A stretch of 32,000 nucleotides of DNA, taken from the sequence record OZ371831.1. One strand, written 5' to 3'. Shown piece after piece: positions 1 to 11,745 of this stretch. The translations under genes and the position numbers were made by a program. The stretch's first letter is position 1. Every line of letters starts with the position of its first letter. The notes under the pieces are model-generated. The model was given only the letters and a program-made list of their open reading frames with translations. It ran no database searches and had not been told where the DNA came from.

Positions 1-7
1 GCTTGGC

Positions 8-80
8 TGGAGGTAAGCGGACTCGAACCGCTGGCGTCTGCCTTGCAAAGGCAGCGCTCTACCAACTGAGCTATACCCCC
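8..80 (-). tRNA. trnA: tRNA-Ala (anticodon UGC), intronless
   Basis: The reverse complement reads GGGGGTATAGCTCAGTTGGTAGAGCGCTGCCTTTGCAAGGCAGACGCCAGCGGTTCGAGTCCGCTTACCTCCA. It folds as a cloverleaf with a G3-U70 pair, anticodon loop TTTGCAA and T-loop TTCGAGT. It sits in the rrn spacer position next to trnI. Confidence 0.95.
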
Positions 81-86
81 GTGCCA

Positions 87-160
<74 letters not shown>

Positions 161-233
161 GTAGCGTGGTGCATTTTTCATATTGTAGTGGCAAGCCAAC
201 TAGGTCGAAAAATGCGCGCTTAATTCATCTTTA

Positions 234-1727
<1,494 letters not shown>

Positions 1728-2324
1728 GTGTTTGAGAAGATTAGAAAAACTAATGCTTCCATATACGAGTATAGCTGGCACTCATAAAAGCACATGAGGT
1801 CTGCCTCTTTCACAAAACATAAACATCAAATCAAAAACAAAAAGAACACAAATTTTTACATCAATAAAACCTTATTTTTTATCCAGCTTTAATACAACAA
1901 CCATACATTAGAATGGTAAGCACGGTAACAAAGATAAGGCCAAAAACCAAATCACGGAAAAATGCACATAAAAAATGGAAAAAAGGTAGTAGTTTTTGCC
2001 AGAGAATTAATGAGATTGTTCGAATCACCTGCATCATGAGCTTAATAATTAAATGTAGTGGCTAAATAAACACTTATGTTATTTAGGGAGTAGCTTTTTA
2101 CGACCTTGCGTCTATTCCAATTATGATTAATGAATCATTAATCTCCGGTCGACTATATTTGTAATATATTATAAAAAAAGAGAGTACGTACTGTGGGCTA
2201 CCTTAAAAAAATAAGGCAGCCCATAATTGTCTCTATATGTAACTATAAAGAATTAATTATGCTTTGTCTAGTGTAACTATAAAGAATTCAAGCTTAGAAA
2301 GATAAGCTTTTAAACTGTTTATAA

Positions 2325-4761
<2,437 letters not shown>

Positions 4762-5027
4762 CTAATTTCTCTATCATCATTTCAGTCGACCCAAATCTAA
4801 ATTTATATAAAACAAATTTTTTAAAGTCTCTGCAGTTTTCTACTACTTTTATTTTACTCGATATAAATCAATTAACCAAGTTTTTTTTCAAAAAAACATT
4901 AATTTTTTTCGAATCCGACGGCCGTCATTGTTAAATGAACGTATTAAACGATTTTAAAATCACTTAGGTAAAAACAAAACTATGAATGATTTAAAATGCT
5001 AGTTTTAATTCATTTTGATTTTTTTAA

Positions 5028-5101
5028 CAGACAAGGAGGGACTCGAACCCCCGACACTGTAGTTCGTAGCCACATACTCTATCCAACTGAGCTACTTGTC
5101 C
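5028..5101 (-). tRNA. trnR: tRNA-Arg (anticodon ACG)
   Basis: The reverse complement reads GGACAAGTAGCTCAGTTGGATAGAGTATGTGGCTACGAACTACAGTGTCGGGGGTTCGAGTCCCTCCTTGTCTG, with anticodon loop CTACGAA. U8, A14 and G18G19 are in place. The top acceptor pair is G1-U72 and the discriminator is G. Confidence 0.88.
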
Positions 5102-5195
5102 GTATTGAAAGTATAGCAAAACTTATATAAAAATGAAGCTTTTTTTTAAGTATAAATTAAATTTTGTAGTTATACCTACTTCAATTTAATTATGA

Positions 5196-5229
5196 AAATT
5201 AAAGCTGACAAAATCATCAGCTTTAATTT
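5196..5229 (-). terminator. Perfect 13-bp inverted repeat (8-nt loop) 20 nt downstream of the rps2 stop; candidate 3' end-stabilising stem-loop
   Basis: aaattaaagctga (5196-5208) pairs perfectly with tcagctttaattt (5217-5229). I checked the pairs one by one. Confidence 0.5.
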
Positions 5230-5248
5230 CCTACATCTTCAAAAGAAT

Positions 5249-5893
5249 TTAAGCTACAAGCGAATCGAGGATAAGTTCTACCGAACGCGTTGAATCATCA
5301 TTTGCTGTAATTCCATATGTGGACATTGTTGGATCACAATTAGAGTCAAGTAACGTGATTGTTGGAATGCCTAATTTTTGACATTCTTGAACAGCATTTT
5401 TTTCATGTGGCTGGCCTACAATTACAACAAGATCTGGTAATGTTGATAAACCACGTAAACCTCCAAAGAATTTTTCAAGGCGTGCACGTTGCTTTTTAAG
5501 TTGAAGGATATCTTTTTTTGAAAGACCTTGTGTTTTTGCATCGTCATTTAATTGACGATCTAAACGATTTAACTTTTCAAGACATGTCGACATTGTCTTC
5601 CAGTTTGTTAAAAGTCCACCAACCCAACGTGTATTTACGTAGTGCCCATTACATTTTTGGGCTGTTGTTTCGATAATGGGAGCAATCTGTGTACGTGTTC
5701 CAACGAATAAAACGTTTTTCGAACGACTTAAAACACCTTTTGCTTTTTCAAGATCATTAAGTGTTTGCACAACATCAAGAATATGTACACCATTTTTTGT
5801 TTCATAAATATATGGTGCCATTTTTGAGTTCCAACGGCCAACTTGGTGACCGAAGTGTACCCCAGCTTCTAAAAGCGATTCTAATTTCGTCAT
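5249..5893 (-). CDS. rps2: 30S ribosomal protein S2 (214 aa)
   Basis: The N-terminus LLEAGVHFGHQVGRWNSKMAPYIYETKNGVHILD is the S2 signature. The position downstream of rpoC2 is the ancestral rpoB-C1-C2-rps2 cluster. Confidence 0.93.
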   Translation of the reverse strand: MTKLESLLEAGVHFGHQVGRWNSKMAPYIYETKNGVHILDVVQTLNDLEKAKGVLSRSKNVLFVGTRTQIAPIIETTAQKCNGHYVNTRWVGGLLTNWKTMSTCLEKLNRLDRQLNDDAKTQGLSKKDILQLKKQRARLEKFFGGLRGLSTLPDLVVIVGQPHEKNAVQECQKLGIPTITLLDSNCDPTMSTYGITANDDSTRSVELILDSLVA

Positions 5894-6030
5894 AAAATAA
5901 AATATATATAAAAAAAATTAACATTCACAAAGGGGGAATAAACGAGATTTAATCCTGCCTATTTTTATTCTACCAAAAAACTATAAATTTTGTATAGCAG
6001 CAAAAAATGAACATCCCCCAAAACACCCGT

Positions 6031-9000
6031 TTAAACATACAGTCCTGTTCCCGCGGGAATTAATCGGCCAAGAATTACATTTTCTTTAAGACCAGTTAAC
6101 CAATCAATACGACCTTCAACAGCCGCACGTGTCAATACTCGTTTTGTTTCTTGGAAACTTGCCGCCGCAATAAAACTTTCAGCAGCTAATGAAGCACGCG
6201 TAATACCTAATAAAATTGGACGGTATTGTACTTGAACAGTACCCGGTTTACATTCAAAATGTTCCACACGACGTAAATCAACAATATCTCCAGGTAATAA
6301 ATTTGTTTCACCAGGATCGACAATTAAAACGTATGTTGTCATTTGACGAACAATGATTTCAATATGTTTGTCAGAAATAAATACACCTTGAGAACCATAA
6401 ACTGCTTGCACTTCATTTACTAATAAACGACGAATTTCTTGCAGACTACGGCGACAACCTTCGCGTAAACCGTATGTTTTCGAATAAAGTAAAAATAAAG
6501 TTGCTAATTGCGCATGCACACTTGAAAGAATTTTCTCTACAGGTTCACGTGCTTCTAGTAATTCATCTACTTTTGGAAGTCCTTGAACAATATCCCCAGC
6601 TGTAGATTCTTCAGAAACAAGTGTACCAAAAGCAATATTCTTTTGGATTAAATCACCGTGATCCACAAAAAGAGATGACCCATGAGACATGGCGTATGGA
6701 TACACACGTCGTAAAATAATATGTGTTGAATTAATATGAATTAATTGCCCTGAATAAGGACTTTGAATTCCTGGAAAAATTTCGTCACCAACACGAATAT
6801 ACTCGCCTACTTGCGAAAGACATTTTTGACCTAAACATGCGAAAGCATATTGATTCGTGTTTGTAATAGCTAAATTAGGTAAACGAATCTCACCTTCAAT
6901 ACTATAAATGAAATTACGTGCAGCAACTGTTTCCTGCGAATCAAACAATGTTGGACATGCGTCATACACCACGGGACTTAAGTATTGACTTGCATTAGTT
7001 ACGACTTTGTGACGTTGTACCATTGGTGCAAATTTTGGAAAAATACTACGGTGTTTCGATTCTTGAAAAGTCACTGATTCCATAAGATTCATACGAATCG
7101 CATTCCAAAAAACACTTGCCGGTGCATAAGAAGTATGAAGTGGAGTCGATGGGAAAGTTTGGCAAATACTTGACCAATGTTTATAACCTGTAGTCGGAGA
7201 TACAGGTGCCACAACCTTTAACGAAGGAAGTTTTACTACGTTTGATAATGGTTTATCAAAACCTGAAACCGTTTGTGTTGAAAAAGTACGTCGGACAAAT
7301 GAATGACTAGTACTTTTACGGAAACATTTTTTACCGAGTAATGTTGATTTAGAGTTGTCCCATCGATTTGAAGATGTGTTAGATGTTAGATTTTTACATC
7401 GAACATTTAACTTTACTACCCTATCATTAACTACACCATTCCAATATGAAACGGAGTTAACATTTGAGTCTAATGAATGATAAAGAATTTGTTTTGTAAC
7501 TAAAGATGCTTGTAGAACTTCAGTTGTAACAAATTTAAAATCAAATACTGAACATGCTGAGACTTTTACCGTACCACTTGAAGGAAGAACCGTTGTTTGG
7601 TTTGAATAAAGGACCGAATCAACATATGTTTCAAATTGCGATTGAATTTGAATTGTATTCTTTACTGAAGAAAACGGCTGTTTTTGATTCGAACGTAATA
7701 CAGATTCATACTTTAATAACTTTGATACATTTGTTTTGTAGTCAATTGTAGAACGTGTCGATGGATGAGAATCTATTTTAACATAAGCATTATCTGCAAC
7801 AAAAGGTTGAAAACCTTGGTGAAAATAATCACCTTGGTAACTTTGGTTATTACGCAGTAATTGTCCTGATAAAATCCAAATAAAACCGTACCCAAACACA
7901 AGATTTTGTTTTTGAATACTCTTTTCAGTCGAACCTACACTATTTTCAACAGACAAATTAGTTAAGGATGAAAACTTAACATTATCAAAATACACTTGAC
8001 CTGTCTCAGGTGCTAATAATTCTTTTTTTCCAGTTGTAACATTAGTATCAATTTCGTCACCTTGGAGATCAGTCTCCACTCGTGATAATTCTGCCAAACT
8101 TTGGTGAAACATTACATATTGACCTGGATACACAAAAAGAAGAGTAAAAGCTGGGAAACGCAAAATCACTGATTTTGAATGTTCAGGGCGAGTAATTTTA
8201 ATAGAAACAGGAACAACAGTTAAAAATGCAGGTTCACCATAACGACTGATAACTTTGCGACCACGTGCTACACCACCATAAGATACAATACCTGAATAAG
8301 GAGCATATACTTTTTCAGTGGCTTCACCTGCAAATACACCACCAGTGTGGAATGTACGCATAGTAAGTTGTGTCCCAGGTTCACCAATCGATTGTGCAGC
8401 AAGTACTCCGACTGCTTCACCAAGCTGAACAAGTTTATGTTTTGAAAGGTCCCATCCGTAACATAATTGACAAACAGAATTTAAACGACATGTTAACGGT
8501 GAACGAACCACTACTTTAGGTAACTGAACTAATTTTGTGGCTAAAGCTGGAGAAATTTCTGTATCTTTACGAGCTAAATATTTTCCAGTCTGTTCATCGA
8601 TAACCGGCTGTAAAAGTACACGACCTACAATATTTGCACATTCATGTTGAGGGGATGGTGCCACTTCTAAGCCTTCTGTTGTCCCACAATCAAATTGTTG
8701 AATAATTACACTCTGTGCAACATCCACTAATCGTCGTGTTAAATATCCAGAATTAGCAGTACGCAAAGCCGTATCAACTAAACCTTTTCGCGCACCATAA
8801 CACGAAATCATATATTCTGTTACTGTTAATCCTTCACGAAAATTACGTCGAATTGGAAAATCTAACACTTGACCTTGCTGATCAGCCATTAGACCACGCA
8901 TTCCAACAAGTTGGCGAACTTGCGAAATATTACCACGCGCTCCTGAAAAAGCCATCATATACACTGGGTTAAAAATGTCTGTTTCGCGGAAATGAGCAAT

Positions 9001-9333
9001 CACTTCATTTTTCAGTGTGTCATTGGTTGTATTCCAAATATCTAATGCTTTTTCTAATCGTTCTACTGCAGTAATTTGGCCACGCGTATAGCGTAAATCA
9101 TTATCTAAAATATCTTTTTCTGCATTTTTTAAAAAGACAGATTTGACTGGAGGGATACGTAAATCATCAATACCTAATGAAATCCCTGCAGCCGTTGCGG
9201 AGTGAAATCCAAGTGTTTTTAAATGGTCAACAAAACGGGTCGCTTTCTGTGTTCCATAATTAAGCAAAACCCATTTAATTAAACGCTTCATTTCACTTTT
9301 ATCAACCGTTCGGTTACAAAAAAAGGTTTTCAT
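6031..9333 (-). CDS. rpoC2: PEP RNA polymerase beta'' subunit (1100 aa) with a large trigger-loop insertion
   Basis: Conserved blocks are present: GISLGIDDL, FSGARGN, RGLMADQQG, GYLTRRLVDV, AAQSIGEPGTQLTMRTFHTGGVF ... AGDIVQGLPKVDELLEAR ... RASLAAESFIAAASFQETKRVLTRAAVEGRIDWLTGLKENVILGRLIPAGTG. Confidence 0.95.
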   Translation of the reverse strand: MKTFFCNRTVDKSEMKRLIKWVLLNYGTQKATRFVDHLKTLGFHSATAAGISLGIDDLRIPPVKSVFLKNAEKDILDNDLRYTRGQITAVERLEKALDIWNTTNDTLKNEVIAHFRETDIFNPVYMMAFSGARGNISQVRQLVGMRGLMADQQGQVLDFPIRRNFREGLTVTEYMISCYGARKGLVDTALRTANSGYLTRRLVDVAQSVIIQQFDCGTTEGLEVAPSPQHECANIVGRVLLQPVIDEQTGKYLARKDTEISPALATKLVQLPKVVVRSPLTCRLNSVCQLCYGWDLSKHKLVQLGEAVGVLAAQSIGEPGTQLTMRTFHTGGVFAGEATEKVYAPYSGIVSYGGVARGRKVISRYGEPAFLTVVPVSIKITRPEHSKSVILRFPAFTLLFVYPGQYVMFHQSLAELSRVETDLQGDEIDTNVTTGKKELLAPETGQVYFDNVKFSSLTNLSVENSVGSTEKSIQKQNLVFGYGFIWILSGQLLRNNQSYQGDYFHQGFQPFVADNAYVKIDSHPSTRSTIDYKTNVSKLLKYESVLRSNQKQPFSSVKNTIQIQSQFETYVDSVLYSNQTTVLPSSGTVKVSACSVFDFKFVTTEVLQASLVTKQILYHSLDSNVNSVSYWNGVVNDRVVKLNVRCKNLTSNTSSNRWDNSKSTLLGKKCFRKSTSHSFVRRTFSTQTVSGFDKPLSNVVKLPSLKVVAPVSPTTGYKHWSSICQTFPSTPLHTSYAPASVFWNAIRMNLMESVTFQESKHRSIFPKFAPMVQRHKVVTNASQYLSPVVYDACPTLFDSQETVAARNFIYSIEGEIRLPNLAITNTNQYAFACLGQKCLSQVGEYIRVGDEIFPGIQSPYSGQLIHINSTHIILRRVYPYAMSHGSSLFVDHGDLIQKNIAFGTLVSEESTAGDIVQGLPKVDELLEAREPVEKILSSVHAQLATLFLLYSKTYGLREGCRRSLQEIRRLLVNEVQAVYGSQGVFISDKHIEIIVRQMTTYVLIVDPGETNLLPGDIVDLRRVEHFECKPGTVQVQYRPILLGITRASLAAESFIAAASFQETKRVLTRAAVEGRIDWLTGLKENVILGRLIPAGTGLYV

Positions 9334-11632
9334 AAATGAGAGAATTTAAAATAAGTCGTCCTGGTGTGGTACGGACGTAATACGTATGTGCACTTGAACA
9401 ATGGAGTTGAGGTACACGTGCAAAAATTGGATTCGATTGAATAAGTGCATCAGAACATGACGCTACCATCTGAACTTTCTCAGGCATTGGCCATGATTCG
9501 GCCACCCCTGAATCATAAATAAACGTATTATGTCCATTTGACATAATACGTACTTCGACTGGCAATGGTTGTTGTAAATCTGCGGGTGCCGGTGCTTTCA
9601 CCCAAACTAAATCATGGAGTTTTAACGCACCAAATTCATAACGCTGCAATGCTTGATCAAACGTTTGAAAAATTTTAAATGCAGATTGTTTTGAACCAAA
9701 TTTGTTCTTATTTTTCCCAATACGTGCAGGTGTGGGGCGTCGCGTAGTTAAATAATAAAAACCAAGAATCATATCTTGACTTGGGACAATATTTGGTTCA
9801 CCCGTCGCAGGCGAAAGCCAGTTATGAGTTGCAAGCATAAGTAAACGTGCTTCCGCTTGGGCTTCTAAAGAAAGGGGAATATGAACGGCCATTTGATCGC
9901 CGTCAAAATCAGCATTAAAAGCTGGGCATACAAGTGGGTGTAATTGGATAGCACGCCCTGAAAGAAGAATTGGTTCGAATGCTTGGATACCTAAACGGTG
10001 AAGTGTTGGTGCACGGTTTAATAATAAAGGGTGTGCATAAACAACGCGTTCTAAAATATCCCATACTGGTTGTTTACGCTTTTGAATCAGATTTTTAGCT
10101 GCACGAATATTACGTACAACACTATTTTCTAAAAGCGCTTGAATAATAAATGGATGGAATAATTCTAATGCCATTTCACGAGGTAATCCACATTGATGCA
10201 AACGTAATTTAGGCCCCACTACAATTACGGAACGACCCGAATAATCGACGCGTTTTCCTAAAAGGTTTTGACGGAAACGACCATGTTTTCCTTCAATAAT
10301 TGCTGTTAAGGATTTAAACACATTTTTATTTGATCGTTGGGCAGGTTTTTCTAAACGTCCGTTATCAATAATGGCATCAGCAGCTTCTTGTAATAAACAT
10401 AAATCATGGCGAATTAATAAATCCGGTAAAAATTCTGCATCAAATAAATTACAAAACTTGTCAAATCGAATTTTACGATAAATTAAACGTCTATATAAGT
10501 CATTTAAATCCGAAGCTGCAAAACGGCCACTAGACATTTGAATCATGGGTCGGAGATCAGGAGGTAATACAGGGAATACTGAAACAATCATCCATTCAGG
10601 ACGTAATTGCTTACGAGCTAAAAGTCGAACATAATGAAGACGTTTCGATAATTTTTTAATTTTAGTACTAAAACCACGACCACGTTGCCCTTGACGAGTA
10701 AGTTTTAATAATTTCAGAGCTCGCTCATTACGCTCTAAACCCCAAATTTTCGGGTTATGAGCCAGTTTATCAGCTCTACGGCGTAACACCGTATTATAAT
10801 CTTTTACTGTTTGACGTAAACGTGTACTTAACATACGTTCCATAAAAGGCAAATCTAATTGACTTAATAGCATATGCATTGCTTCTGCACCGCAATTTTC
10901 TGTCGTACGTGGTTCCATTGGGAAACCATATTTCGTCTGTTGTTGCCCGTTTTGAAGCCAAGCATCTGTATTCCAAACAGCTTCAATATCTGCGCCCTTT
11001 TCTGTAAAACCTACGAGCGGGTCTGAAAAAGCTGACTGTTTACCAGCAGGTGTTTGCCCTAAATAGAAATGAATAGCTTCCCAGTTATCAATATATAATT
11101 CGGTTCCCCCGTGTAAAAAGTAATTCATAACAGCCGGTGAAGATGGAGTATACGAATCAAAATGTAATAACTCATCAGTTTGGCCGGCACTAATATTTAA
11201 TAAAACAGATAAAATGTTAGGTGTATTTCGGAAATACCATAAGTGTGCCACAGGTTTACGTAATTGAATAGACCCCATACGATAACGACGAACCTTCGCA
11301 TCTGTTGGCTCCACACCACAAGTTGGGCAAACATACCCAATCTCATCTGTTTTGACCATAGTAATTTCACCATCCAACGTCTCAGGCAATTGCATCTTGA
11401 TCGGTTTTCGGCGACGGGTTTTACCACATGAACATTCATTGTTCGTAATAGACCCAAAAATACGTTCACAAAAAAGACCATCTCGCTCAGGTTTAAAAGT
11501 ACGGTAATTAATTGTATCAGCTTTTGTAATTTCCCCTACAACTTTATTGTTAGGAAGAACACGCTGTGACCACCGTTCAATTTCTTTGGGAGAGGCTAAT
11601 TGAATTTGAATATAATCAATATCACGACTCAT
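9314..11632 (-). CDS. rpoC1: PEP RNA polymerase beta' (gamma-type) subunit (772 aa)
   Basis: It has the zinc-ribbon cysteines (CSCG...CPTCG), PEWMIVSVFPVLPPDLRPM, YSGRSVIVVGP, NRAPTLHRLGIQAFEP and the catalytic NADFDGDQMAVH motif. The stop codon lies 20 nt inside rpoC2. Confidence 0.95.
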   Translation of the reverse strand: MSRDIDYIQIQLASPKEIERWSQRVLPNNKVVGEITKADTINYRTFKPERDGLFCERIFGSITNNECSCGKTRRRKPIKMQLPETLDGEITMVKTDEIGYVCPTCGVEPTDAKVRRYRMGSIQLRKPVAHLWYFRNTPNILSVLLNISAGQTDELLHFDSYTPSSPAVMNYFLHGGTELYIDNWEAIHFYLGQTPAGKQSAFSDPLVGFTEKGADIEAVWNTDAWLQNGQQQTKYGFPMEPRTTENCGAEAMHMLLSQLDLPFMERMLSTRLRQTVKDYNTVLRRRADKLAHNPKIWGLERNERALKLLKLTRQGQRGRGFSTKIKKLSKRLHYVRLLARKQLRPEWMIVSVFPVLPPDLRPMIQMSSGRFAASDLNDLYRRLIYRKIRFDKFCNLFDAEFLPDLLIRHDLCLLQEAADAIIDNGRLEKPAQRSNKNVFKSLTAIIEGKHGRFRQNLLGKRVDYSGRSVIVVGPKLRLHQCGLPREMALELFHPFIIQALLENSVVRNIRAAKNLIQKRKQPVWDILERVVYAHPLLLNRAPTLHRLGIQAFEPILLSGRAIQLHPLVCPAFNADFDGDQMAVHIPLSLEAQAEARLLMLATHNWLSPATGEPNIVPSQDMILGFYYLTTRRPTPARIGKNKNKFGSKQSAFKIFQTFDQALQRYEFGALKLHDLVWVKAPAPADLQQPLPVEVRIMSNGHNTFIYDSGVAESWPMPEKVQMVASCSDALIQSNPIFARVPQLHCSSAHTYYVRTTPGRLILNSLIYENLFL

Positions 11633-11745
11633 AGTATTGGTTCCTTATAAATAAAATGACTAAAATGCGCGAACTTTTCGAATCATTAGGACAAGTACGA
11701 TACTGTACTTTACACCCGAAATGAATTCAAAGCCCCGTTGATTAA

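Noticed and set aside
4908-4926. ttcgaatcc (T-loop-like) followed by the GC-rich 10-nt palindrome gacggccgtc in the psbD upstream spacer, considered as a possible tRNA remnant or tmRNA end
   Set aside because: The flanking bases cannot form a T stem or an acceptor stem, and no D or anticodon arm is present. The palindrome has no loop. There is no support for an RNA gene.
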